Assembly: GCA_011109175.1 (NCBI GenBank)
Contig: RDEW01000019.1
Location: forward strand, 955,064 to 990,690
Length of the DNA: 35,627 nt
Source of the DNA: Dicyema japonicum
Lineage: Eukaryota > Animalia > Dicyemida
Direction of reading: 5' to 3'
Positions 23,290 to 34,329 of the stretch are shown here, piece after piece; the stretch's first letter is position 1, and each line of letters opens with the position of its first letter. Under the pieces are notes generated by a model. The model had not been told where the DNA came from, ran no database searches, and worked only from the letters and a program-made list of their open reading frames with translations. A program made the translations under genes and the position numbers.

Positions 23290-26030
23290 TTAAGCGTATT
23301 TTGATCCAGATTTTTAGTAATCCCTTTTCTTCTCTTAGACGAAGAGTGTGTCATAACCTCCTTGTTACTTCGCATCTCCACATCAGATTCAGTCAAAATA
23401 TCTCCGTTAGAGTCCAGTGGGCTGTCCTCACGGCATGCCAGTTCCACAAGTTGGGAGGTAGCAGAGGCGTATTCTTCATCGTATACCTTCATCCATGCTT
23501 ATGTTCAATGAGCATACTTTCGAGCGTTCTCTTCAGCACAACCGATTGGATGTAAGTCCTCGTTGATTCTTCAATAAATAATTTATCCATATGATTCTTG
23601 AAGCATCTTGAGACAACTCCATCCCATGTCAAAACCACTGGAATAATCTTCACTTGGAATTCATAGAGCAGCGATAGTTCATTTGCAGGCAAGTCATATT
23701 TGTGAAGTTTCTCAACTTCAACTTGCTTTAGTCGGTCTTGTGAGGTAATCCCCACTTCAATTAAAGTTATTTTCTTCTTTGTTTTGTCATGCACAAAAAT
23801 ATCAGGTTTATTGTATTGTAATTTTGATTCTGTCAAAATCGACGTGTCAACTCTAATTGGGGAATGATAAAACCACGGAGACAATCGGAAAATCTGTTGG
23901 CACAACAAAAGGAAGACTATATTTTGTAAACATCTGTCTAAAAGTGCTGAACGAGAAAATAAAAGCCAATGAATTCAAAATACAAAGAGCTAAATGGAAG
24001 ATGGTATTTACGTTATTAAATCGTCGCCGGTCAACATCAGAAGTCTGGAAGACAATTCGAAATATCTCGAAGGTGGATGAGAAGACACCCGTAATTGACG
24101 AATTCAGCCAAAAGGACCTAAACGCCATAATAAATACTATGCGAAAATCTTTCACAAAACCACAAAAGGACTAACCCACCCAAACCGCCGCTAAGAAAAC
24201 CGAAAAGGGATGAATTAACTTATTTCACGCAAAGGGAGGTAATGGCATTCCTAAGCCAAACAAAAGAGACACATTCACATGGTCGAGACGGAATTCCCAT
24301 AATCCTCCTGAAAAACCTAGGAAATGAGGGAATCAGTACCCTGACCAAAATCTACAACTGATCGATTAATTATAACTCAATCTAACGATATGGAAACTTG
24401 CAAACATTCGCCCAGTATTGAAGCCAGGAAAACCGAAAGAAGACCCAGCTTCCTTCAGGCCTATTTTTCTCTTATGCTCCATGTCAAAAATTCTGGAAAA
24501 GCTGATCCTCGCAAAAATCAGTGAAAAAACTCCTTATAAACCATTCCAGCATGGTTTCAAAAAGGATCGGTCCACAACGAGCTTTTCACATTTCTGACTA
24601 ACTTGATTCGCTCTGGATTTCTGTACAAGCCAAGACACCAGAAAACTATGTCATAACATGCTCAAAAACGTCATAACTAGCCAAGTGCCATTTTTTTTGT
24701 TTTTATTACTCGTAGAATCCCCGACCTTTGCAACCACACAGTCGACTGTTTTTCCAAACTTTTAAGGAACTGGAATAGAATTAATTCGCTCTTTAATGAA
24801 ATCGAGGTAAGTCCTCTTCCAAATGTCTTCCTGTCCAAATACAGCCTCTCTTTATTTGCAGGTTTGAGGTGAAACTTGAGTGACGTAAGCAGTTGCCGTA
24901 TTTGTTGGTCAATATCATCAAATTCATAAGGTTAATATTAATTAATCCTATATAATAGTTAGGGACATTGCGTTTTCATTTATTGCACGAAATAAGTTCA
25001 CAGAATTTAACTTTGTTTTGGAAAACATGGTTATTCTCTTAACATTTTCAAGTATGGACTTCATAACCTTGCCTAAAAACATTACTTCCCTCATTTTCAA
25101 AAACACCCAAATATCGATATCCACTGATTTTTTCCAGAGTCTCACAACGTGATGACGATTTTACATTAGAAAATGATTTTTTCGAATTCATCTCCAAGTC
25201 GGCAACATGAAAAAAATCGCGAACAACTTTCATCATTTTAATAACAGTATCTTCTTTTAGCCCAAATATCTTTAGGACATCAATGAATAAGTCAGTGTAT
25301 TAGGATCCTTCTGATTAATTTGGAGTGTTGGGAACATAGAATTAAGGGTCCTGCTCAAGGGTTTCATTACCATAACAAATAGTCGAGGGGATAATGAATC
25401 TCCTTGCAGAATTCCACGTCCCAGTTTTACAGAACCAATTCTTCTTCCAACTAAGTGGAGATTTACAGTCCATTTCTTGAATATGGTCTTTACAAAGTTA
25501 ACAATAACAATCCAATATCAGTAATTTGATATCTTGAGGCAAATTATCTTTCGTAATATAATATATTGCAGAATTTAGTCCCGACAAAACATTAACTCTG
25601 ACATACTTTCTCTGAATTTTGGGTGTTGGTTTTCGAGTATTTCTCGGAATTGACTTAATTTTCTCAATTTGTACTTTTAGTTCCTCAAGGCAATTTCTGA
25701 AGGTGGAAATTTCCACATTAGTATTATTTTGCACTTTGAAACATTCGCCTCCTTTTACATTGTTATTCCGATGTTCAGGTTTCAGCATCTTTTTTAGCTG
25801 ACATAGACTGGAACTCTTGGAGAACTTTTCATGGAACTTTTTAAGTACGAGGTTCCAGCCACCTCTAGGTATCCTTCCAAATCTTTGTTTCGTGGCAAGA
25901 AAAATCTGAGATACCCACTCAGCTTCAGAGAAACACTGGACCTCTTCAATAATGGCAGATCGTGAATGCAAGTGGGTTTGGGCACCAATATTCCCAACGA
26001 TGTTGATATTAGTTCTTGTGACATTATCCA
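23290..26030 (-). mobile_element. R4-like RLE retrotransposon, internally deleted and interrupted by an opposite-strand RT fragment
   Basis: N-terminus (25498-25971), RT GILQGDSLSP/FIDV, GYRYLGV, KPANKERLYLDRKTFGRGL and RLE KPDIFV..IEVGIT..KYDLPANEL..TWDG..IQSVVLKRTLES, all in collinear order. Confidence 0.8.
23860..24660 (+). mobile_element. APE-type LINE internal RT fragment
   Basis: WKTIRNI, GRDGIP, WKLANIRPVLKPGKPKEDPASFRPI..SKILEKL..QHGFK. Confidence 0.8.
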
Positions 26031-26084
26031 GCCACAGACGACGGTCCTGCTTCTACTATACTATCTTCTATATTTGATTTTGCA

Positions 26085-26575
26085 GGAATGCCCATAGGAT
26101 TGATCATGTAATTGCAAATCGGCCCAATGAGAGATTTCAAATAGATTTAATCGATCTTAAAGGTATCAATTTTTTATAATCTTTAGGTTTAGAGAGTATA
26201 ATGATGGTTATTCGTGGCTTTTAACGTCCATTGATATTTATTCAAAATTTGCTGTTACAAAAAGCTTTAAAAAAAGTGGTTTGGAAGTTGCTGACAACCT
26301 TGAGGATATATTCATGGATTATGGACCATGTTTATATTTACAGTCGGACGATGGCTCCGAGTTTAAAAACTCACATGTCACTGCAATTTGCAAGAAATAT
26401 AACATTATTCATTCACGTACAAACAACCCACGTAGTCAAGGTATACAATTGAATTATTTTTATTTTAGGAATTGTAGAAAGATCCACTCACTCGAACTTT
26501 GTCGAAGATGTTATCGGATGATCCAAATAAATATTGGACAGAACAGATTAAAAAACTGTCCAATTTTATAATCTT
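26085..26575 (+). pseudogene. Retroviral-type DDE integrase (rve; Ginger/GIN/KRABA2-like) with two micro-introns, frameshifted
   Basis: RPNERFQIDLIDLK, NDGYSWLLTSIDIYSKF, LQSDDGSEF, NPRSQG-IVER and TLSKML..YW. GT-AG introns 26163-26186 (24 nt) and 26441-26468 (28 nt). Frameshifts remain after both. Confidence 0.78.
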
Positions 26576-26644
26576 AGTTAGAGAGATTCGTTAAATCAAG
26601 TGGAGAGGCAAGTTATCAATTTTTTATTAAAAACCTGTAATTGA

Positions 26645-27340
26645 AAGCTGCCTAATCCTCTCCTATGCCGACAATATCATTTTTGCCTTCAAGGACAGAA
26701 GCATTCAATCAGCGACTCAGTCCGCTCAACAAATGCTTGACAAGCTGGAACTATGGCTCTCGAAACAAAGACTCGACACATCAACAAAGTCTTCTGTCAC
26801 GCTGTCTGTGTCGAACCAAAAATCTTTTATGAGGAACGAGGTTATTCCTATAACAAAACACCGAAGATTCTGGAGTCACCTTTGATCAAGGACTCACCTT
26901 TATCCGACATGTTGAGAACAAAGTAACTTTTGCTCTGAGGAAAATGAGAATTTTAAAAGTACTCTCAAAAAAACTTATAGACCAAACTGATGGCCTTGTT
27001 ACGATTTATGGACAATTTATCCGACCAACGATGACGCATGCAAGTCCTTCATGGCCAATGCAGATTTCACGATCCTCCTCATTGAAACTATCAGCAATCT
27101 AAAAGACTGCAATAAGGTTAATTGGACCAGAACACAAAATCCAGTCCATTTAATATTTCTTAATCGAATTACAACGGAAACTCTTAAAGGGGACTAGTTT
27201 ACCAAGCTGCTCTCTATTCAGAAGAGCATTCAGGATTCTCGACCCCACCGGACTCGTCCTCTCCTGTGTCGGTCTGGGATCACTTAGTTAGATGAGAACT
27301 TTTATTTCTTTTTCTTTGACCCAGTGATCCTGGGGGTAAT
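26645..27340 (+). mobile_element. 5'-truncated APE-type LINE 3' part with terminal stem-loop
   Basis: SYADNIIF, GVTFDQGLTF..RKMRILK and QFIRPTMTHASPSW; 3' UTR shared with 17226-17339. Confidence 0.8.
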
Positions 27341-28024
27341 AATAGAAGTGACCGTGAAACTCTATATTGATAGAGCCATCCGAAACAAATTTTCTCACTA
27401 AAGCCTGATGTGATAGACTGGAAAGTGGTCGTGGTAGATCTGTCTGCTAAAAAAAAGTCATAATTGAAGCAGGCATTTTCAGAATATGGGAGATTAGGAT
27501 CCGGAAATAAAATTTCGCCTCTCTCAAATAAATTATCTTTCGAATTACTAGTCTTAAGAATTGGGAGTTGCATGTAGTGAAACAATGAATTTGTCCTCAT
27601 GATCATATGAGATATGTTTTTGTGACTACTCAATACATAGTGTTTTACAATCTTGTTCACGTGCATATAAACTGTAAGAAACCAAGTGATGTACCCTACA
27701 ATGGATCTAATAAATTGGACCTTAAAAAATCATTATAATTCTCAACATTGTTCATTGTGAGTGAGTTCATTCTTTACTGCACCATTTGGAATGACTTACA
27801 TGACAGAATTCTTTTTAAGCAAAACTCAAATATATCATGGCGTCTTAATGTGCAGGTTTTTGTATGCTTCAAATATGATTCTCAAGATTCAATTGGTTCA
27901 ATTATAGTTTTCTGCTGGTAAACTGTGCTTCAACCAATTTAAATATTCTTTTGTAAAGCGATTAAAATAAACTTGTTACATTTGGTAGTTATTACATAGA
28001 GACAAATAAAAAAAGAAGAATTAA

Positions 28025-28290
28025 TTATTAACCTATCATATGTAGAGAAAGAAACTAATAAAGTGTATCCAGTTTCCGCTGTCACAGAAACATATTCCTT
28101 ACAATCTCACACAAATACATTTCCTGTGGTTTTTGAAACCCTTCAAGTGTAGTGGGAGAGAGCAAATCATCTTTTTTTCGTGCCACCTTGACACTGGTAA
28201 CCATTTGAGACAGGTGGATCACAAAAAAGGAGTACCAGAAGAAACAAATCTCAAGTAGCCACATGGCACTACGAGGCTCAAATGATGAGG
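28025..28290 (-). mobile_element. SINE-like family A, copy 3 (decayed)
   Basis: GTGTATCCAGTTTCC, GAGCAAAT.ATCTTTTTTTCGTGCC and CAGGTGGATCAC blocks are shared with the other copies. Confidence 0.65.
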
Positions 28291-28744
28291 TCTTGAAATG
28301 ATCATCTGGATTGTTGAGAATAATCATTAGATCTATAACTAAAAGTATGCATTAAATTATTAACACTAGTTTCCATGACAACTAGCAATCATCAAAAAAT
28401 TCTAAAGCAGAAACCCCCATGGAGCCCTCGTGGTTCAGAAGAAGCAAAGTAATCACGAACTACTTTTTCAGCAGAGATGGATGATGTTCACCTTATAGGA
28501 CTGTGATTTCCACTTAACCACACTTTTTGTTGTCATTCTCTCATTGAGAGTGATAGGTTATTTTAATAAGGAAAAGCAGACCACAACCCCAATGCTATTT
28601 TTATAATATATAAAAATAATAAACTATTCCACCAATTGTATTGACTATAACTATAGATACAACACCATACTTTCCATTCTTGATATCATTTATAATAGTA
28701 AATAATCCAACTAACAACATCATACATAAGGACTTAAATTAAAT

Positions 28745-31700
28745 TATTAACCCCGGCTTCGCCAGCAAGTGGGAAGCCGGCGACCATCAGAGAGCGTGCA
28801 GTCCGGACAGGCCGCTCCCAGAGATCCTCGACTTTTGCATCCGGTGGTCCAGGGCAGGGAAAAAGGTCCGAACTACTCTGCCAGCCAGAAAAGGGTGGTG
28901 TCCACATCGTAGGCGAGCCAGTCCGATTCTGATCTTCCTCGGGAGCGATTGTTCCGTTGGACTGATATCAGGGGGGAAGCGCTCCAAGACTTTGTTATAT
29001 TGAAGTGTCCTAATGGCCCGTGTTGAGATGAAATCATGGATTCGGCGGGTCCAAGTTGAGTCTTCTTGAGGGGGGTGATCTTCGACAAGACTCTTTGTAG
29101 GTCAAAGAGGGTCCTGCGTATGTATCTGCGGTTTTTGTTACTTAGCAGAGCGTGAACTGGGTGATTCGGGTCGAACCACTGCCGTAGGAATTGTAAATTA
29201 CGCATTTCCAGGTGGTCATAGAGCGGGAGGATTTTCGACTCCCAATGTAAATGGTCGGTGAGGGTTGACTTTAAGCAGCCAGTTATTATTCTCAGCGTCG
29301 AGTTTTGCACTTTCTGCAGTTCTTGAGAAAGGGACAAGGAGATTGAGGGGGCCCAACTTGGTGAGGCGTAGTTGAGTGTAGTCCTGATGAACTGTTTGTA
29401 GAGAAGAGTTAAGTTTTCTTTTTGCTGACCGTTTGAGTGGCCAGCTACTGCCCGTAATATGTTAAGTTTCCGCTTGGCTTTTGTCATTATTTCCTCCACT
29501 TGTCTGTTGAAACAGAGTGAAGGATCGAAGACAACTCCAAGGATCTTCGGGTATTTATTTAAGGGGAGTGGTTCGTCTCCCAACGAGAGTGTGGGGTTTA
29601 GGTTGAATTGTCTTCGATCGGTTGTGAACAGGGTAGCTGATGACTTCGAGGTGGAAACACTCATCCAGTTTAAGTTCATCCAGTCGGATAGCAAGTTCAG
29701 GTGGTACTGCACTTTTTCGGTGGCCAGTCGAACATCGCCACTCCTGGATGCGATTACTAGATCATCGGCATATGTCAATAGTAACGTATTTTGGGTTGTT
29801 GGGATGTCTTTGACGTAAAGGTTGAAAAGTGAGGGTGAAAGGACTGATCCCTGGGGAACACCGTTTGGTAGGAGTCGATATCTTGATAGATTTGAATATA
29901 GATACGTATGACCCAGTCTTCCCGAGAGGAAATTTGTGAGCCATGACTTCCATACAGAGGGAATATTTGAAGAATAGATCTTGTTGCAGAGGACCACACG
30001 GGAGATTCTGTCGAAAGCTTTAGTTAGGTCAATAGAGGCCAAGACAGTTCGTTCCGGGGGTTTGCAGTTGTTGAAACCGTTGGAGATGTATTGGGTTAGT
30101 GTCAGTAAGTGCGTGGTGGTCGAGTGTAAAGGACGGAAACCATGTTGTGAGTCGGAGAGGTCGAGGTAGGGGGTGATTTCGTTAAGAATAATCCTTTCGA
30201 GGATTTTTGAGACAACAGATGTTAAGGAAATTGGCCTGAACGAAGAGGGCAAGGAGGAGGCTTTGTTGTTCTTGAGTATTGGGATAATGTTCGACTTCTT
30301 CCATAACATCGGGATGAAACACCTGTTAATGGAGAATTCGTAGATATCTTTAAGTGCCAAGAGCTCGTTTGGACCGAGGTGCTTTAGGTGGAATATGCTG
30401 ATCCGATCGGGTCCCGTAGCTGGTGAGTTTCTTGAGTTTGTAATGAGGTTTTGAACATGACATATTGATACTTCGAATCGTGCCTTTGTTACCCTTGGGG
30501 GTTTAGTAATATGAGGTCGATTTTCTTTTTTTTTTTAAAGCCTTTTCACGAGAGCCATAATATTTATAGCTCCGCATAGGCAGGACACACACTTTATTTA
30601 AGTAAAGAACAGTTAATTTTAACTAATCGTAGAACCAAGGAATGATCTTCACTTCTTTTTTTTCTTTTTCTTGTGTGAGTGTCCTTTCTAGACAATCTAG
30701 TTCCGCAGTGAGTATCCACTGATGACGGCGTCACTCGTCAAACCAATTTTATTTCGATTTTCTTTATTCATTGGAATATGACTCATTTTGCAATAGTGAG
30801 TCATCAAGTCATTTGCCTGGCAGTGGAAATCTTTCGTTTGGTTGTCCTTTCCAAGTCTACCTCCATGGGTTGTGCTCGATTCGGTTTGATTTGATTGTAT
30901 TTCTCTGATAAATCTCCAGAAACTTTGGGGTTTTGATTTTGGATTCAATCGAGAGACGAAAGTGGACCACTTCTCCTTTTTGAGCTCCGTAATGAGGTGG
31001 GTTATCTTCTTGTTTAGGGAAGAAATTTCATCTTGGAGTTGCTGGTTGGTTGTTCGGGAACGTTTTAGGTGTCTTCTCTCACAGATGAGATCCAATATTT
31101 CTTTGTTGAAAAATAGTTTGTAATCATGGATGAATCCTTTAGGGACGTGCTTTCTATCCGCCGAAAGGATGGCTGAGTTGAAATGTGCAATGGCTTTGTC
31201 TGGAGAGGTAAAATTTTTCACAGAGAAGTTTTCCAGCGACGTTTCGACGTCAACCGTGAAGTCGATCCATCTCGCCCTTTTGTAGTTTACATAGGTTCGC
31301 CTCGACATAGTTCGTCCGAAATGCAAGAAGATGTCGATCAGAATAGGGTTATGATCTGAGGGTAAGTCATATCTGACATCCCAGTAGATCGATTTTGCAA
31401 GGGGAGCTGAGCATATGGAGAGGTCAGGAGACGTATTAGGATCCCCAGGGCGTGTTCCACATCTCGTGTGTTGGCGGGGGTTATTTAATATCACTAGGTG
31501 TTCCAGTTCAGAGATCACTTGTTTCCCTCTGTGGTCCGAATTCTGGTTTCGGAACCATAGTGGATCTTTAGCGTTTAGATCGCCGCAAATAACTATGTTT
31601 TCGTATAGTTGAAGGAATTCTAGGTTTGGTCGGTAACTCTTCTGGCAGCAAGACGAAGGGGGAATGTAGATATTCAGAATTGTGTAAGGAGTTGACATAA

Positions 31701-32206
31701 TATTGATGGTGATGGATAACAATTCCATATGTTTATCAGAAGCCGCTGTCAATGTGTGGTCAGTGGTATCCGTGAATGGGATGGAGTTGTGAATGAGGGT
31801 GACCAGGCCACCACCGTGAGATCCATTTGATCGCTCAGAACGGAGCAAAGAGTAGTTTTTGAATTTTGGTGTTTGGGAGAAGGCAGACAAACGTGACTCC
31901 TGTAGAAGGGCAATGTCAATACGGTGTTTAACCAGGTACTCAGCCAATTCGGTATGTTTCGAGGTGATTCCATTGGTGTTAAGTTGTAAGATTCTGATGG
32001 GTCTATTCTGCGGCCCTGGGTTTAGTTCAATGTCACCGGATGTCAGGAGGGATTCTTGGGAGCGAAAGCTTCGTGCCCGCTCAATGGTCGCCATCGAGAT
32101 CTCCTTGAAGAGAGACGATAGGGAAATGTGTGGTTCTTTTTCATGTGTGCTGTGTAGGGCACAGGCACAACCAAATGACACCTCTTGGTGAGCCACAACG
32201 TCAAGG
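28745..32206 (-). mobile_element. Near full-length Ingi/Vingi-like LINE (2A-like peptide, APE endonuclease, RT, no RNase H seen), interrupted by a family B insertion; C-terminal frameshifts
   Basis: ATG 32094 MATIERARSFRSQESLLTSGDIELNPGP, then ILQLNTNG, LLQES, GDLNAK, SPDLS and SDH. RT: FRPISL, QHGFR, DLTKAFD, GVPQGSVLSP, YADD. Ends with a GAAGCCGG stem and GGTTAATAA. Removing the 237-bp insertion rejoins ORFs 30697-32196 and 28873-30360 in frame. Confidence 0.9.
30529..30753 (-). mobile_element. Short retroposon family B, copy 2, inserted in the LINE ORF
   Basis: 12-bp TSD TCGATTTTCTTT (30517-30528 and 30754-30765); oligo(A) tail on the minus strand. Confidence 0.9.
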
Positions 32207-32254
32207 ACCCTTAAAGAGAGTCATTCATAATATATTATCACAAAATAAATAAAA

Positions 32255-32922
32255 TTATTTAAAAAATTTTATAAGTTTATGTAATTTAACATAATATATC
32301 CCTCTATTTAGTAATTTAGCCAATTTTTCAGCCCTTTCTAATTTCCTCATATATTTCTGTTGGTATGTTCCCTCACTTATAGCAGGAATTGCCAGTCCAT
32401 GTCTTGTCAAATACAAGTTAACGTTAAAAAAACGACCCTCAAATAAAAAAAACCCACCAACTTTAGTTACTTCGCCATAAACAAAATGGTAGTCGCTCCT
32501 ATCTATTTTAAGTTTACAAAAACTGTTCGTCAGGTTATCGGAAAGCCACACAATTCCCTCGTTTGTAAGTGAAAGGCTCGATAATCTCACTGGAATTAGT
32601 CCTCGTGGTCTCGAAAAGAGGGGAAATATCTTAAAAAAGTGTGCATTCAGGTCAATGTGAATAGTGCCTTCTCTGTCCACGTGATGAGAAAAGCCGGTAA
32701 ATTTTGCTCCCCTTTTTTCAAATTTTGACGGAATTTGCTTGATATTTTGAAATTTGGTGAACTAGGTAAGTGTAAGTATTTACATGACAAGACTTGTAGG
32801 CCAAGAGAGCAGTCCCAGTATTGAGGATGTGATCAACAATGCCTATTTCAATTGAATTCGATAAATACCCTGAATTTTAGTGGATCGTGGTTATTTATGA
32901 ACTCAACAACATCATCCAACAT
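32255..32922 (-). CDS. C3orf33: C3orf33-like protein (N-terminal hydrophobic segment plus SNase/TNase-like fold), about 204 aa: complement join(32255..32761,32789..32842,32869..32922)
   Basis: Introns 32843-32868 (26 nt) and 32762-32788 (27 nt) give MLDDVVEF..ALLITSSILGLLSW..FTKFQNIKQIP..PRGLIPVRLSSLSLTNEGIVWL..NVNLYLTRHGLA..LERAEKLAK..RGIY. This matches the C3orf33 layout as I recall it. Confidence 0.72.
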
Positions 32923-33119
32923 AGATATAGTTTCAAATTTATTTTACTTTTTTTAATTATTTTATCTTATTTCGAAATTTATTATTATTAATTTGAACAG
33001 AGAATTATTCATTTTTCATCACATTTTTTAATGTTAGCGTGATATGTGTAATTTTAGGGTAAATTTTAGGTACGTTGTATGTTCCGATTCAGTAAGTAAG
33101 GGCACCTAATATACCAGAA

Positions 33120-33395
33120 AAAAACAAACTCATGTGGCCCAACGGAATTCCTCGTGTTCAGCATCAATAAATGCATTGACAATCATCTACAACACATCGC
33201 TAAACATAAATACCATAACGACTTTATGGAAACTATAGAAAATTAGTCCAATATTGAAACTTGGAAGACCAAAGAACGGTCCCAGCTCTTACAGACCAGT
33301 CTCCCTTATATATGAATTGTCGAGAATCCTGGAGAAACTGGTCCTAAAACTTATTCACCCCTCTCTCCCACAACCTACATTCCAACATGGCTTCA
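33120..33395 (+). mobile_element. APE-type LINE RT fragment
   Basis: GPNGIP, SSYRPVSL..SRILEKL..FQHGFK. Confidence 0.75.
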
Positions 33396-33685
33396 AGTCT
33401 ACAAGAGACAAAAACAACCGTACATTGTACAAAACTGTTTGGAAAATTCCACCATTTTATCCTCCCGTCGGCCTGCCGACATTATGGTCTCGGATTTGCA
33501 CCTGATTCACTATGTTACAAGAGTGTGGACAGCATCTGATATTAGAATGGAAGTGGCGGACGACCTGGACTACCTAAGAAACTAGTGCGCAACAGAGGAT
33601 CATGGTCGAAGCTGACGGAGAGGATGATTAGGAATACGAAACTTAACTAATTTTATGTTTTATCGGGAGTGCTTTTTAATAATTA
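33396..33685 (+). mobile_element. 5'-truncated copy of the RTE-derivative family
   Basis: Aligns with 5300-5610 across the same internal deletion junction (GTGGACAGCATCT.ATATTA.AATGGAA.TGGCGGACGACC). Confidence 0.82.
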
Positions 33686-33754
33686 ATTCCTTCAGCGGAT
33701 TCTCTTAATGGACATGACATTAATTGGTTAATTAATATTATCCCTTTTTAATCC

Positions 33755-34070
33755 CCTCGTGTCGCCATGTGGTGTTATGTAGCTAATTGGTTGAAGTTTT
33801 TTGTTTGTCATTTCTGTTCCTCCTTTTTTCCTCCCTGCTAGAATGGCGTCATGTGATCTACCTGGGTAGCAGCGCCCAGTGTCATGCTGGAACGAAAAAT
33901 GATCATTTGCTCTCCCTTACTCCACTGGAATGGTTTACATAACTGCAAGTAATAGACGTCTTTTACTCTTTATGATGATTCCGGACTCTGTTTCTGTAGA
34001 AGTGGAAACTGATGCACTTAACTAGTTATTTACTTTGACTTGTTCATCGTTGTATTCGGGGTTAATTAAT
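33755..34070 (+). mobile_element. SINE-like family A, copy 4
   Basis: Reverse complement of copies 1-3; ends CGGGGTTAATTAAT. Confidence 0.8.
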
Positions 34071-34329
34071 TAAATTATAAAATGATTCATATTTACTATG
34101 ATGCTGATAAATAAAAAATAATTGCAATACTTGGGACTATAAAAATGTGTTCAACCTTTTGTGATATTTAAATTAAATGATCTTATAATTCGTAGTTGAT
34201 CATAATCTGAATAATTCAATCAATTTCTAATTTATTTTCCGACTTATAAATGCTATAAAATGTTTAATCACAATTAATTTTTTTATTGAAAAAAATTTAT
34301 TAACGACAAAAACAAATGTTAGTTGAGGA

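Noticed and set aside
27340-27800. ORF 27280-27666 as a second integrase-like or host gene
   Set aside because: Only weak FQS/LYQ resemblance; the ORF ends inside the antisense LINE UTR; no support.
28735-32259. TAAAT(T/A)AAATTATT pair as the TSD of the large LINE
   Set aside because: Low-complexity AT sequence overlapping the C3orf33 stop codon. An alternative TTTAAG-type repeat near 32207 is also ambiguous, so no TSD is claimed.
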